In this document: positions 48,890 to 60,065 of the stretch, in pieces
Layout of the letters: each line of letters starts with the position of its first letter
Numbering within the stretch: position 1 is the stretch's first letter
Assembly (NCBI GenBank): GCA_965237525.1
Contig: CBDEFO010000008.1
Coordinates: 1,056,001 to 1,120,000, forward strand
Source of the DNA: Candidatus Latescibacterota bacterium
Lineage (GTDB): Bacteria > Latescibacterota > CBDEFO01
Reading direction: 5' to 3'
DNA length: 64,000 bases
Translations under genes and position numbers: made by a program
Notes under the pieces: model-generated
What the model saw: only the letters and a program-made list of their open reading frames with translations
What the model was told of the DNA's origin: nothing
Database searches by the model: none

Positions 48890-50707
48890 CTACTCCCATT
48901 CGATAGTTCCGGGCGGCTTGTGTGTTATGTCGTAGTAGACAGCCTCTATCTGTTCTATAGATAGTATGTCTTGAGCTATCCTGATGGCTATGTCCATCGG
49001 CATCTTGCTGAAGGCTGCAGTCATAAAATCGTCTGTGTGAACGGGCCGCATGACTACACTTTCCTTTTCCCCATCCGAGCTGAGAGGTATCAGAACTACA
49101 GGCATCTGGGATATTTGTCTTACAAGACCAGCTTTTTCGATTGCTCTTGTGGCTACATAGTCGGCATCCCTCAAAAGGTCGAGGCGATCCTGGGAAAGGT
49201 AAGTTTCTTTGAGCCCTCCTCTATGTAGTCTATCAGGCTTGAGGAGATATACACAGCGATTGACCTCTTTTATGCTATTTGTGATCGTCGTCGAGATTTT
49301 CTCAAGGGTTTCCCAGTCCGGATCACGGCCTTTGCTTGTAGCCAGCGCCACAGGATGCGCGTAGGTCCTAAAATCGCCCTGTACCCCCACAGTCTTGAGG
49401 GGAAGCACACAGGCCGTAAGGTTAAATCCTTTTGCTATAACTTCTACCCTTTGGTCTATCTCTTTGATATTTCCTCTATCTTCTTCCCGTCCATTCCAGC
49501 ATAACGTCCGCACAGCCAGGCCTGGTCCGGGGAAAGGATGTCTCCAGATGAGGCTTTGAGGGAGGTTCAGGCCTATCCCAACCTGTCTTACTTCGTTTTT
49601 GTATAGGTTCGACAGGGGTTCTATGACCCGTCCCTGTACGATGAGGCTTTGTATGGCATCCGTGCGATTGTGATGGGTCTTTATGACTGAAGAGGCCGCT
49701 GTCGCTCCTGCTTCGATAGTATCCGTATATAAAGTGCCCTGTCCGAGAATCCATTTTTCAGAATCGAGATTAAGTTTTCGTATAGCCTTTTCTCTTATCG
49801 CAACGAATTTGTCCCCTATTATCTTCCTTTTCTCCTCGGGATCCACAACTCTCCCAAGAGCATCAAGGAACTCCTTTGAGGCGTCTACAACTTTGAAATT
49901 GCCCATTTTCTGCTCTTTCAACGTCTTCTCCACAAGCTGTGTCTCACCCCTTCTCATAAATCCGTTGTCTATGTGGAGCCCCAACACGCGGTCTGATCCG
50001 AGGGCTTTGTTTAAAAGCGCGAACGCAACGGTAGAATCTACCCCGCCGCTTACAAAGAGGAAGACGTTCCTTGTCCCCACCTTATCTTTTATGTCCTGGA
50101 TAGCGCTGTCTATATAGTTGGACGGCGTCCAGTCCCTCCGGCATCCGCAGAGTGTAAGAAAGTTATCCAGGATCTTCATCCCGCCGGGCGTGTGTGTAAC
50201 CTCGGGATGAAACTGTATAGCGTATATCTTTCTTATAGGGTCTTCTATCGCCGCTTGTGGACAGTCGGCTGTGCAAGCTATTGTTCTGAAGCCCGGGGGG
50301 AGTGCCACAACAGAGTCTCCGTGGCTCATCCAGACCCTTTCCTTGCCTCCAAGCCCCCTAAAGATTGTTGAGCAGGACGTGATCAGAAGCTCGGCAGGGC
50401 CATATTCCTTCTTGTCTTTGGTCTCTACCTTACCTCCCAGATGTTGCGACAGTAGTTGATGTCCGTAGCAAATTCCGAGGATGGGCTTTCCGAGGCTGAA
50501 GATTTCGGGATTGTATCGGGGCTGGTCGGGGTCGTAGACGCTTGCGGGCCCCCCTGAAAGGATTATACCTTTTGCATCTTCTATCTCTCCGGTAGGAGAT
50601 GCAGGAGACTTTATCTGGGAGTGGACGTTGAGTCTCCTTATCCTGTTGGCAATCAGGTGTGCGTATTGACCCCCGAAGTCCAGGACTATTATCTTTTCTC
50701 TTTTCAT
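48890..50707 (-). CDS. guaA: GMP synthase (glutamine-hydrolysing), long form
   Basis: LDFGGQY, GICYGHQ, QFHPEV, SGGVDS, IKTHHN, RHPFPGPGL, KPPGTIEWE. Confidence 0.96.
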   Translation of the reverse strand: MKREKIIVLDFGGQYAHLIANRIRRLNVHSQIKSPASPTGEIEDAKGIILSGGPASVYDPDQPRYNPEIFSLGKPILGICYGHQLLSQHLGGKVETKDKKEYGPAELLITSCSTIFRGLGGKERVWMSHGDSVVALPPGFRTIACTADCPQAAIEDPIRKIYAIQFHPEVTHTPGGMKILDNFLTLCGCRRDWTPSNYIDSAIQDIKDKVGTRNVFLFVSGGVDSTVAFALLNKALGSDRVLGLHIDNGFMRRGETQLVEKTLKEQKMGNFKVVDASKEFLDALGRVVDPEEKRKIIGDKFVAIREKAIRKLNLDSEKWILGQGTLYTDTIEAGATAASSVIKTHHNRTDAIQSLIVQGRVIEPLSNLYKNEVRQVGIGLNLPQSLIWRHPFPGPGLAVRTLCWNGREEDRGNIKEIDQRVEVIAKGFNLTACVLPLKTVGVQGDFRTYAHPVALATSKGRDPDWETLEKISTTITNSIKEVNRCVYLLKPDRLHRGGLKETYLSQDRLDLLRDADYVATRAIEKAGLVRQISQMPVVLIPLSSDGEKESVVMRPVHTDDFMTAAFSKMPMDIAIRIAQDILSIEQIEAVYYDITHKPPGTIEWE

Positions 50708-52338
50708 TACCTTATATCTGAATTTATCAAAATTGTATTCTTAAGCCAGCCAGAATCGTCCCTTCTCGGATAGTCGGTGTTGTAGTGCAGTCCACGGCTT
50801 TCTTTCCTCCAAAGAGCACAACGGATTATAAGTTCGGCCACACAAGCGACATTTCTGAGTTCTATCAGTTCGGGCGTCACCTTAGTCCTCCTGTAGAATT
50901 CCTCTAGCTCCTCTTTGATGATCCTGACTCTCCTTTGGGCTCTCTGGAGCCTAAAGTCGGAGCGAACTATGCCCACGTAGTCCCACATAAGGCGCTCTAT
51001 CTCCTCCCGGTCGTGAGAGAGGATGACCCATTCTTCGGCGTTGAAGGTGTTCTCCTCGTCCCATTCGGGGATGTCAGGCAAGGTGTAGTCGTTGTCTTTG
51101 AGGAACTCTGCGGAATGTCGGCAGGCTCTATCCGAAAAGACCAGTGCCTCTAAAAGGGAGTTGCTCGCTAGGCGATTAGCACCGTGGACCCCCGTGAAGG
51201 CGACCTCACCTGCGGCGTAGAGGTTGAAAATGTCCGTTCTTCCCCACTCATCAGTTTTCACTCCGCCGCACATATAATGGGCTGCAGGAACCACGGGGAT
51301 GGGGTCTTTAGCCATGTCGACTCCGACCTCTAAACACTTTGCGTAGATATTCGGAAATTTCTCCTTTGTTATCTCCGGGTCTTTATGGGTCACGTCGAGG
51401 TATACACAGGGAGTTCCACTCTTTTTGATCTCCGCATCGATAGCCCTTGCCACTGTATCTCTTGGAGCTAACGATTTTTGGGGATGATACTTATCCATAA
51501 AGCCCTCGCCTTTGTCATTTATAAGGACACCTCCGTAGCCTCTGACTGTCTCTGATATTAAGAAGGATCGGCATCTGGGCGAAGCATCCTCCGGGTGATA
51601 GAGGCTTGTGGGATGGAACTGCATAAATTCGAGGTTCCCGGCTGTGGCGCCCGCTCGGCAGCTCATGGCTATCCCATCGCCTGTGGCTATCGAGGGATTG
51701 GTGGTATGCAGATAGACATGGCCGGCGCCTCCTGTGGCAAGGAGCGTTATCTTAGAAAGGAACTTTTTGACCTCCCCCTTATCTGTATCGAGGGAGTAGG
51801 CGCCCCAGCACGTGATGCGATTCTTCTGAACTTCCTTCACACCGAAGAGATGGTGCTCTGTGATCAGGTCTATAGCCACGTGATTTTCATAGACCTCAAT
51901 CTTAGGATTGTTCTGCACCTCGACCGACAAAGCCCGCTCGATTTCCGCACCTGTGAGGTCTCGGGCGTGCACGATCCTGTTTTTGGAGTGTCCGCCCTCT
52001 CTGCCCAGCTCAAATTCTTCGCTATTTTCCCGCCTTGTGAACTCCGCTCCCCACTTCACGAGATCCCGCACCATCTGGGGACCTTCTCTGACTACGAGTT
52101 CGACACTCTCCCTGCAGCAGAGTCCGTCGCCGGCTCTTAGAGTATCCTCTATGTGGAGATCAAAGCTGTCATTGTCCGAGAACACGGCTGCTATTCCGCC
52201 CTGAGCGTAATTAGTGTTGGACTCCTTGTGCTCTTTCTTGGTGATTATGGCGACATTCCCGTGCTGTGCCGCTTTGAGCGCGAACGAAAATCCAGCTAAC
52301 CCACTGCCGATTACGAGGTAATCTGTGACCGATTGCAT
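50707..52338 (-). CDS. nadB: L-aspartate oxidase
   Basis: IGSGLAG, NTNYAQGGIA, EGGHS..RI.H, QFHPT, HYMCGG, GVHGANRLASNSLLE, ESRGLH. Confidence 0.95.
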   Translation of the reverse strand: MQSVTDYLVIGSGLAGFSFALKAAQHGNVAIITKKEHKESNTNYAQGGIAAVFSDNDSFDLHIEDTLRAGDGLCCRESVELVVREGPQMVRDLVKWGAEFTRRENSEEFELGREGGHSKNRIVHARDLTGAEIERALSVEVQNNPKIEVYENHVAIDLITEHHLFGVKEVQKNRITCWGAYSLDTDKGEVKKFLSKITLLATGGAGHVYLHTTNPSIATGDGIAMSCRAGATAGNLEFMQFHPTSLYHPEDASPRCRSFLISETVRGYGGVLINDKGEGFMDKYHPQKSLAPRDTVARAIDAEIKKSGTPCVYLDVTHKDPEITKEKFPNIYAKCLEVGVDMAKDPIPVVPAAHYMCGGVKTDEWGRTDIFNLYAAGEVAFTGVHGANRLASNSLLEALVFSDRACRHSAEFLKDNDYTLPDIPEWDEENTFNAEEWVILSHDREEIERLMWDYVGIVRSDFRLQRAQRRVRIIKEELEEFYRRTKVTPELIELRNVACVAELIIRCALWRKESRGLHYNTDYPRRDDSGWLKNTILINSDIR

Positions 52339-52347
52339 GATCTATCT

Positions 52348-53445
52348 CTATATTTTAAGGAGCGAGTCCAGCTTATCCGCTCCCTTTGTGATCTGTATCT
52401 CTATTTCAAGGGCGTATATCGGAATCTTTGACCTAAATTCGTGGAGCGTCCACTGCGGGGCGAATTTAACAGCGTCCTTTCGGGTTGTGATTACAAATTC
52501 CGAATCTAATTCGGACGCTTTAAGCGATACCTCTTCAAGATCCCTTTCTGTATAGTAGTGATGATCTGGATAGTTTAGGAAACCTGTTAGCCGGGCGCCC
52601 AAGCCCTCAAGAGTCATCTGGAATGACTTCGGATTTCCTATTCCAGATAGAGCTAATACCTTCCTCTCTTTGAGCTGATCTATCCCGATCTTCGAATTGT
52701 CAGCCAGCGACCGCAAACAGATCGGACGATGTATCGTCTCTACTGCGGGTATCGCAGGATTTATAGACATAATCTCCCTTTTGATCTTCTCTTTGTCGTC
52801 TGCATAATCAGTATGCGTCAGGAATACGACATCTGCCCGATTTAGGGCGGATAGGGGTTCTCTCAAGGTCCCTCTGGGCAAGAGGTGATCCTTGCTCAAC
52901 GGATAAAGAGAGTCTACTACGGCGATATTTACGTCTCTTTTCAGACTCAAGTGTTGAAATCCGTCGTCCAGGACTATGAAATCAGGGGAGAAGTTTTCCA
53001 CCGCGAAGACGCCTGCCTTGTATCTATCCGCCCCGACTACGACGGGAATGTCCCGAAGCTTTTGTGCAAGGAGATATGGCTCATCGCCCGCCTCTTCTGC
53101 GCTCAGCTTTACATCACGTCCGTCTGAGACTACTGATATATCACTTCCCTGCCTTTTGTATCCTCTGCTGATTATCGTTACTCTCTTGCCTGCCTCCCGT
53201 AAGCGGCGAACGATATATTCTACTGTCGGGGTCTTGCCTGTGCCTCCTGCTGCAATGTTGCCCACGCAGATTACTTTCACAGACCGCAGTGGAGGCTCAG
53301 ACAGGGAAGAGCTCCTTAGTATGCCGGCACTATACGCGTATGTTCGGAGTCTTACTCCTATGCCGTAGAGGAGGGATAGAATCCACAGACCGGCTCTAAC
53401 AGCGGCATTCTTGCTTTCCTGTATCTTTTGAAAATCTATCGCCAA
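52348..53445 (-). CDS. lpxK: Tetraacyldisaccharide 4'-kinase
   Basis: VGNIAAGGTGKTP, SRGY, GDEP, LDDGFQH, LPRGTLRE, GIGNP..F, PDHH. Confidence 0.95.
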   Translation of the reverse strand: MAIDFQKIQESKNAAVRAGLWILSLLYGIGVRLRTYAYSAGILRSSSLSEPPLRSVKVICVGNIAAGGTGKTPTVEYIVRRLREAGKRVTIISRGYKRQGSDISVVSDGRDVKLSAEEAGDEPYLLAQKLRDIPVVVGADRYKAGVFAVENFSPDFIVLDDGFQHLSLKRDVNIAVVDSLYPLSKDHLLPRGTLREPLSALNRADVVFLTHTDYADDKEKIKREIMSINPAIPAVETIHRPICLRSLADNSKIGIDQLKERKVLALSGIGNPKSFQMTLEGLGARLTGFLNYPDHHYYTERDLEEVSLKASELDSEFVITTRKDAVKFAPQWTLHEFRSKIPIYALEIEIQITKGADKLDSLLKI

Positions 53446-53563
53446 TACTCTTCAGTAATAAAAATAACAAGATCAGCATTGCGAGACAAGTCCCAATTGC
53501 GATCAGGACGCTGAAGATAATAATGCCATTTTCTCAAGTCAACAAAGAAGACGATGCCTGCTA

Positions 53564-53851
53564 TTAGCTATCCCCATCTACAATGGACGTTTCCCCTTCC
53601 TTGATCCTCTGGTCTATCAATTCTCTGATCCTGGGCACTATGTACACCTCGTCCAGAGGAAGCTTGGATAGTTCTCTCAGAAAAATCTCGCTTTTCTGCT
53701 CCGCGGATAGCCGCTTGTGGATGATGAGATGCGTCTTGCCGCCGTATTTGCACAGCCCGCCCTTTCCCTCTTCGAGTTCCTCGTATCTGACATCCACAGA
53801 CAGCTTTTCGGCTACAGCTTCAAGCTCGCTTAATATCTCATAAGATTTCAC
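53564..53851 (-). CDS. Small conserved-looking hypothetical protein
   Basis: 95 aa; LEAVAEKL.V.VRYE...GGLC...G...L..K.L, YIVPRIRELI. Confidence 0.7.
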   Translation of the reverse strand: MKSYEILSELEAVAEKLSVDVRYEELEEGKGGLCKYGGKTHLIIHKRLSAEQKSEIFLRELSKLPLDEVYIVPRIRELIDQRIKEGETSIVDGDS

Positions 53852-54166
53852 GCTGATCTACACTTTGTTGTAAGGTGCCTGTATAATGTAAGTATAACTC
53901 CGACGTTCACAAATAGACAGTGATTTCTGCGTCAAATAGCAGAAATAAAATTCGCTTTACATCTGGATGGATTTTTCATATCTTTTTGTAAGTACAGACT
54001 GTTCCAATTTGGTTTGTAAAGACTATTTGAAAGCGGAAATAGAGAACTTAACAGGTTAGGCCAAGTAGTCCGCTTTAGCGCCGGAGTTCGACGAGATTCT
54101 GATTCCAGGGGAGTTGCCTTCAAGTGAAAAACAGAAAAGATCCAGAGAGGGTATATTTGTGGAGGA

Positions 54167-55045
54167 TTGGACGTGCGAAACTATTGTCGAGTTAGCCGAA
54201 AGGCTGAATTTAAAGCTCACTATCTTGTGATATTGTTCTTTTTAGGCTTTGTACTATCGTGTGCCGCTGTTGGGAAATTGAATCTCATATCCACGAGGCA
54301 GGAACTCGAATTAGGCGCGCAGTTCTCAAAGGAGATAGAAAAGCAGATCACCATATACCCCGATCCCCTGGTGGCGGCTTACATAGATAGCCTGGGGCAA
54401 CTTATGGCAAAGAACTCTAAAAGGACTAATATCCCCTACTATATCAAGGTTGTGGATACGGATGAGGTGAACGCCTTCGCCATCCCGGGAGGCTATCTGT
54501 ACGTGAATCGGGGTTTGATAACGACGGCTGAGAGCGAGTCTGAGCTCGCCGGAGTCATGGGTCATGAGATAGGTCACGTTGTGGGAAGACACGGGGCAAA
54601 GCAGCTTACCAAGCGGTTGGGATTAGCAGTCATAGTCCAGGTGGTAGCAGGAGGTGATCCCGACCTTACGAGGCAATTGGCATCAAGTATGATCGGTGTA
54701 GGAGGGACTTTAAGTCTGTTGAAATACGGAAGGGACGCCGAAAGAGAGGCAGATATCTTAGCGGTTCACGAGATGTACGCCTCGAACATAGACCCTCTGG
54801 GAATAACCACCTTCTTTCAGAAATTACTCGTTCTGCACGACAGGAAACCGGGCGGAGTTGAGAAGCTATTCTCGACTCACCCTCCCACAGAAGATCGGAT
54901 AAAAAAGATCAAGAGTCAGATAAATAGACTGCCGCCTAAAGAGGGGTTGGTGGTGGACTCCCCAAGGTTTCACACCATAAAAGAGCGCATACTGACCCGG
55001 ACGGAAAAGGAGAGGAAGACTAAATATAGCACAACAAATAGTTGA
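54167..55045 (+). CDS. M48-family zinc metallopeptidase, probable lipoprotein
   Basis: VLSC lipobox; VNAFAIPGG, ELAGVMGHEIGH, EREAD, FSTHP. Confidence 0.92.
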   Translation: MDVRNYCRVSRKAEFKAHYLVILFFLGFVLSCAAVGKLNLISTRQELELGAQFSKEIEKQITIYPDPLVAAYIDSLGQLMAKNSKRTNIPYYIKVVDTDEVNAFAIPGGYLYVNRGLITTAESESELAGVMGHEIGHVVGRHGAKQLTKRLGLAVIVQVVAGGDPDLTRQLASSMIGVGGTLSLLKYGRDAEREADILAVHEMYASNIDPLGITTFFQKLLVLHDRKPGGVEKLFSTHPPTEDRIKKIKSQINRLPPKEGLVVDSPRFHTIKERILTRTEKERKTKYSTTNS

Positions 55046-55057
55046 TATCATAGAGGG

Positions 55058-55184
55058 AGATTGCTTCGCCTACTTCGTGGCTTGCCCCCGATTGAATCCC
55101 CGATTAGGTCTACCCCCGATTGAGTCTATCGGGGAGCGGGGGCTTGTTGCCACCCCAGCAGAGCTGCCACCCGTTTTGCAATGA
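55058..55184. repeat. AGATTGCTTCG..GCAATGA arm carrying nested hairpins (55084-55143)
   Basis: CCCCCGATTGAAT CCCCGATTAGGTCTA CCCCCGATTGAGTCTATCGGGG..CGGGGG. Confidence 0.7.
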
Positions 55185-55377
55185 AATTACTTTCTTTCGG
55201 TCATTGCATGAGCTGAAAATGTGGAGATGTCTACATTTGCCAGAGACTTGTCGCCCCTGACGAGCAGTGAAGCTGTACTGCTGAAGCCTTTACTTCCGGC
55301 GCGATAGTGGTTCTCAATACAGATATTGGATTCAGGGTTTTTTGTGACCTTTTACTTGTGTGTCATAGTCTATCTTT

Positions 55378-55881
55378 TTATACGTCTGAATCCTTCAGAC
55401 TGCTCTGGTAGTTTATAACCAACTGCTCCTGGGCCTCTGTCTCGACTGACCCTGGTCTTTTGTGTCTGATCTCCTGTATAGCTTGTATCGAACTTTTCCC
55501 CTTCTTTACCAGATAGCACGCCAACATAGTTCCTGTTCTGCCTATGCCGGCTGTGCAGTGAACTGCTACAGCTTTTCCCTCTTTTTCCTTCTCCTCCACG
55601 AAATCTACAAACTTCTCCACGTCTTCGAGCGTAGGAGCCGACATATCAGAGACGGCCAACTGTAAGTAATCCATGCCAAGTTTTCGGAGAGTATCCGGAT
55701 TAAGCGGCTCCTCGGTCAAAGATACGACGGCAGAGATACCCTTATTCTCCAGAAACGCCAAGTCGTCTCTGAGCTTTTCATAGTTGCTTTTGTGATGATC
55801 ATAGGAGGACGAGGCGTCCCTTCTCCCTGGAAAGGCCATGCCAGCTATCACACCTTCTACTAACCAGCTGAAGTTCTGCAA
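55378..55881 (-). CDS. Dual-specificity protein phosphatase family protein
   Basis: NFSW, VHCTAGIGRTGT (CX5R), RPGSVET..Q. Confidence 0.92.
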   Translation of the reverse strand: MQNFSWLVEGVIAGMAFPGRRDASSSYDHHKSNYEKLRDDLAFLENKGISAVVSLTEEPLNPDTLRKLGMDYLQLAVSDMSAPTLEDVEKFVDFVEEKEKEGKAVAVHCTAGIGRTGTMLACYLVKKGKSSIQAIQEIRHKRPGSVETEAQEQLVINYQSSLKDSDV

Positions 55882-55950
55882 TATAATGTCTCCAAAGGGT
55901 CTTCTCGAGTTTACCAGGGATTTGAAAATTTCAAATGATTGCCGAGGATG

Positions 55951-56811
55951 TCAATCCAGATAAGTCTTCATCGGACGGCTCCTGGAGGGATGTCTGAGCT
56001 TTGAGATCGCCTTTTCTTTTATCTGTCTGACCCTCTCTCTGGTAAGGCCGAACACCTGCCCTATCTCCTCAAGCGTCATAGGTCTTTCCTTACCTATTCC
56101 GAAGTAGAGCCTCAACACCTCAGCCTCTCTGTCCTTTAAGGCGTCCAAGGCTCTGCCCAAGGCTCTCACAAACGATTCGTCCATGACGTTCTGATCCGGG
56201 GAGGACGCAAGTTCATCCTTTAGCACAGAAAGGAGGTTGTTGTCCTCATCGTTACTGGATGGAGAGTCGTCTAACGAGAGATGATGCCTGGATATTTGAA
56301 GTGTATTTGTGATGTACTCTGTATCCACTCCGAGTTCGTCGGCTATTTCAAGTATAGTGGGGTCTCTTCCAAGGTACTGTCTGAGGATGTTGGCCGTCTT
56401 GCTTATCTTATGGAGATTGCTGACTCTATTTAGAGGCAGCCTGATCATCCTGGATTGCTGCGCTAAAGCGGATAACATCCCCTGTCTTATCCACCAGACA
56501 GCATAGGATATAAATTTAAAGCCCTTCGTTTCATCGAACCTCTTTGCCGCCTCGATGAGTCCTAAATTCCCTTCGCTGATCAAGTCCTCAAGGGGGAGAC
56601 CCTGGTTTTGATATTTCTTGGCTATCCTGACGACAAACCTCAAATTGGCTTTGACCAACTCCTCAAGGGCATCCTGGTCGCCTACCCTTATCCTCTTGGC
56701 CAGGTCTGTCTCCTTCTGAGCGGACAAGGGCTGCGTATCTGAAATATCTTCAAGATAAAGCCCCAAAGGTGACATCTCCTCGTACTGATGATCTCTGCCT
56801 GCTCTATTCAC
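55951..56811 (-). CDS. Sigma-70 family RNA polymerase sigma factor (short RpoD/RpoS-like)
   Basis: ANLRFVV..AKKY, DLISEGN.GL..A..FD, FISYAVWWIRQ, TLEEIG..FGLTRERVRQI. Confidence 0.93.
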   Translation of the reverse strand: MNRAGRDHQYEEMSPLGLYLEDISDTQPLSAQKETDLAKRIRVGDQDALEELVKANLRFVVRIAKKYQNQGLPLEDLISEGNLGLIEAAKRFDETKGFKFISYAVWWIRQGMLSALAQQSRMIRLPLNRVSNLHKISKTANILRQYLGRDPTILEIADELGVDTEYITNTLQISRHHLSLDDSPSSNDEDNNLLSVLKDELASSPDQNVMDESFVRALGRALDALKDREAEVLRLYFGIGKERPMTLEEIGQVFGLTRERVRQIKEKAISKLRHPSRSRPMKTYLD

Positions 56812-56843
56812 TGGTTACTCCTGATCGAGATTTGAAAGCTGAT

Positions 56844-56883
56844 CCCCGACCCCCGATAGAGTCAATCGGGGGTTCAATCGGGG
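56844..56883. repeat. Doubly nested hairpin repeat
   Basis: CCCCGA[CCCCCGATAGAGTCAATCGGGGG]TTCAATCGGGG. Confidence 0.8.
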
Positions 56884-57003
56884 AGATGGTAAACTATCCT
56901 CTGTTCAAGTAGGCAAGCAGTTGCCGCCAAAATGCACAGTGTCACACGTAAACCTAAACTCTAACAGACAAGCAGGGATCTTTCTCCTACTCGATATTGT
57001 GTT

Positions 57004-57870
57004 TTATAATACATCTTTTACCGCCTTTCCTATTTCAGCTGGGCTATCAGAGACCCGTACTCCTGCGTCTTTGAGGGCATCCATCTTGCCTTCGGCGGTT
57101 CCACTGCCACCTGAAATGATCGCTCCGGCGTGTCCCATGCGTCTGCCTTCTGGAGCGGTTCTACCGCAGATGAAGCCGACTACCGGTTTGCTAAAGTTAT
57201 TCTCTATAAAAGTTGCTGCTTCTTCCTCAGCTGATCCCCCTATCTCACCTATTATGACGACTACGTCGGTTTCGGGATCGGCCTCAAATAGTTCCAGACA
57301 GTCTATAAACGTAGTTCCGATGACTGGATCTCCCCCTACACCTATGCAGGTAGATTGACCGATGCCAAGGGATGTTAACTGACTGACTGCCTCATAAGTC
57401 AAGGTACCGCTCCTGGATATGACTCCGACGCTTCCGGCTTCGTGAATAGAACCAGGCATAATCCCGATCTTACACTTGCCCGGAGATATGACACCTGGAC
57501 AGTTGGGACCGATAAGTCGGGTCTTTCGGCAGTTTAGGTGTTCTTTCACTCTTATCATATCCAGTGTCGGGATACCCTCAGTAATGCACACCACGATGTC
57601 TAAGTCTGCATCAGCCGCCTCCATTATAGCATCCTTTGCAAAAGCAGGGGGCACAAAGATTGCCGATGCGTTGGCTTCCGTTTCTCGCTTTGCCATCTCC
57701 ACAGTGTCGAAGACCGGTATCCCTTCAAAGTTCCCTCCTCCTTTGCCCGGAGTTACACCAGCTTTTACTTTTGTTCCGTATTCTACCATCTTTACAGTGT
57801 GGAAAGAACCCTCCCCTCCAGTGATCCCCTGCACCAAGACTGTAGTATCTTTATTGACCAGAATGCTCAA
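57004..57870 (-). CDS. sucD: Succinate--CoA ligase alpha subunit
   Basis: [40 protein letters not shown]. Confidence 0.97.
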   Translation of the reverse strand: MSILVNKDTTVLVQGITGGEGSFHTVKMVEYGTKVKAGVTPGKGGGNFEGIPVFDTVEMAKRETEANASAIFVPPAFAKDAIMEAADADLDIVVCITEGIPTLDMIRVKEHLNCRKTRLIGPNCPGVISPGKCKIGIMPGSIHEAGSVGVISRSGTLTYEAVSQLTSLGIGQSTCIGVGGDPVIGTTFIDCLELFEADPETDVVVIIGEIGGSAEEEAATFIENNFSKPVVGFICGRTAPEGRRMGHAGAIISGGSGTAEGKMDALKDAGVRVSDSPAEIGKAVKDVL

Positions 57871-59033
57871 ATCTTTCCTCCGACAGCAGCTACTACCTTT
57901 TCTGCAGCGTCCTTGAGGTCCGTCGCCACGGCAAAAGAAAGCGGGGAATCCTTGAGGATTTTGGCCCCTTCCGGGGCATTGGTGCCCTCGAGCCGGACCA
58001 CGACAGGGAGGGCAACATCCATATTGGACAGAGCCTCCACGACTCCCTCTGCCACTCTATCGCACCGGACTATTCCACCGAAGATATTTATCATTACTGC
58101 CTCGACGTTCTTATCCGAAAGCAATGTCCTGAATCCATTTTCCACAGCTTCGACGCTTGCTCCTCCTCCCACGTCCAGGAAGTTGGCAGGCTCGGCCCCT
58201 GTAAGCTTTATTATGTCCATAGTAGCCATAGCAAGTCCAGCCCCGTTGACCATGCACCCTACTTTCCCGTCGAGTCTTATGTAGTTCAAATTATACTTGG
58301 ACGCCTCTGCCTCCAAAGGGTCTTCCTCATCTATATCTCTCATCTTACGTATTTCGGGGCGGCGGTAGAGTGCGTTATCGTCGAAGTTTATCTTGGCGTC
58401 CAAAGCTATAATATCTCCGCTTTTTGTAAGCACAAGCGGGTTTATCTCAGCAATAGAGCAGTCGGTCTCGACGTAGGCCTCATAAAGATACATTATGAAT
58501 TCCGCCGTTTTCCGGACGAGCCCCAAGTTCATTTCCAGACCTAACGCAAGTCTCCGAGCTTGAAAGGGCTGTAATCCGAGGGCGGGATCGATCCACTCTT
58601 TTAATATCTTTTGCGGAGATTTTGCCGCTACTTCTTCTATCTCCACGCCGCCCTCCGCTGAGGCCATCACCACTAATTTCGACTCGGATCTGTCCAGAAC
58701 TATCCCTAGATAGAATTCCTTTTCCACCTCTGTAGCTTCCTCAACCAGTATCTTTTTGACCGTTCTGCCTTCGGGCCCCGTTTGATGAGTGACTAAGTTC
58801 ATTCCGATCATCTCAAAGGCTAAGGTTTCGGCCTCAGAGGGCCCATCAGCCAATTTGATGCCACCTCCTTTTCCTCTGCCTCCGGCGTGAATTTGGGCCT
58901 TTACCACGACTTTGCCGCCCAGTTCTTCTGCTATCTTTCGGGCCTCCTCAGGAGAGGATGCCACCTTCCCCTGGGGAACGGCTACGTTGTAACTTCTTAA
59001 TATCTCTTTGGCTTGATGTTCGTGTACTTTCAT
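57867..59033 (-). CDS. sucC: Succinate--CoA ligase beta subunit
   Basis: [45 protein letters not shown]. Confidence 0.97.
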   Translation of the reverse strand: MKVHEHQAKEILRSYNVAVPQGKVASSPEEARKIAEELGGKVVVKAQIHAGGRGKGGGIKLADGPSEAETLAFEMIGMNLVTHQTGPEGRTVKKILVEEATEVEKEFYLGIVLDRSESKLVVMASAEGGVEIEEVAAKSPQKILKEWIDPALGLQPFQARRLALGLEMNLGLVRKTAEFIMYLYEAYVETDCSIAEINPLVLTKSGDIIALDAKINFDDNALYRRPEIRKMRDIDEEDPLEAEASKYNLNYIRLDGKVGCMVNGAGLAMATMDIIKLTGAEPANFLDVGGGASVEAVENGFRTLLSDKNVEAVMINIFGGIVRCDRVAEGVVEALSNMDVALPVVVRLEGTNAPEGAKILKDSPLSFAVATDLKDAAEKVVAAVGGKI

Positions 59034-59139
59034 AACACTTCAAGTTTCTCTATAAGCTAACACGGACTCGACACTGAAAGTACAAATGGCCCGTCTAATA
59101 CTAATAGGCTGTTGGGGGTATAGTCGTTACGGAAGGGTT

Positions 59140-59931
59140 CTATTCTGTCTGGCCGTCTATCGTACCGACCTCGATTTCTACCTCTTCTCTGCTTTGTACT
59201 CTGTCGACCATGCCGTCTCTGATCCATACTATGCGGTCAGAGACCGAGAGCATCTTGTGATCGTGCGTAGCCGCTATTATCGTGACAGCCGAATCTTCGT
59301 TCATCTCCCTCAGGAGGTTTATTATCTCTGTCCCAGTCTTAAGATCTAAATTCCCTGTCGGTTCGTCCGCTAAGATAATCGCCGGATCGTTGGCCATAGC
59401 CCTTGCCACAGCCACCCTTTGCTGTTGTCCTCCCGAAAGCTCGGACGGCTTGTGAGATACTCTGTCTCCGAGTCCGACCTTGCCTAAGAGTTCCACTCCT
59501 TTGTCTCTGGCGTCATCGCCTGTCAGTCCCGCAAAGACCATCGGCAAAGTCACGTTTTCAAGCGCGGTCATAACCGGGATCAGATTGAACGATTGAAAGA
59601 TGTAGCCGATCTTCCTGCACCTGAGCCACGCGAGCTCATAGGCGTCCAGTTGAGCCACGTCCACCTCGTCTATGTACACCTTTCCCGAAGTCGGCTTGTC
59701 AAGTCCTCCTATCATGTTGAACAGCGTGCTTTTACCAGATCCGGAAGGGCCCATAATCGAGATGTACTCCCCGGGTTCAATCTCCATGTCTATGCCTTTA
59801 AGGGCCTCTAGTTCGATACCTCCCATTTCATAGATCTTCTTAACGTTTTGGGTCCTGACCACGCTCTGCTCTATCTGGTTTTGCCCTTTGTCTTCCTTCT
59901 TTTCCTCTTGTGCCATCTCTTCTCCTAACAC
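59140..59931 (-). CDS. ABC transporter ATP-binding protein (LolD/MacB-type)
   Basis: GPSGSGKS, LSGGQQQRVA, ADEPTGNLD. Confidence 0.93.
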   Translation of the reverse strand: MLGEEMAQEEKKEDKGQNQIEQSVVRTQNVKKIYEMGGIELEALKGIDMEIEPGEYISIMGPSGSGKSTLFNMIGGLDKPTSGKVYIDEVDVAQLDAYELAWLRCRKIGYIFQSFNLIPVMTALENVTLPMVFAGLTGDDARDKGVELLGKVGLGDRVSHKPSELSGGQQQRVAVARAMANDPAIILADEPTGNLDLKTGTEIINLLREMNEDSAVTIIAATHDHKMLSVSDRIVWIRDGMVDRVQSREEVEIEVGTIDGQTE

Positions 59932-60065
59932 CGTAAATAAGTGGACAGCAGGTAGTAGACAGGGCGCCGCTTCCCATCCCTGCTTGCCGTCTACTTATGT
60001 TTCGTCTACTTGCTTTTGCCTTTCGCCTGTATGCTGTCTACTGTTTGCTGTATACTATTTTTGCC

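Noticed and set aside
53940..54130. Possible relic of an Ldh_2-family oxidoreductase C-terminus (APEFDEILIPGE)
   Set aside because: It rests on a single short motif, which is insufficient support.
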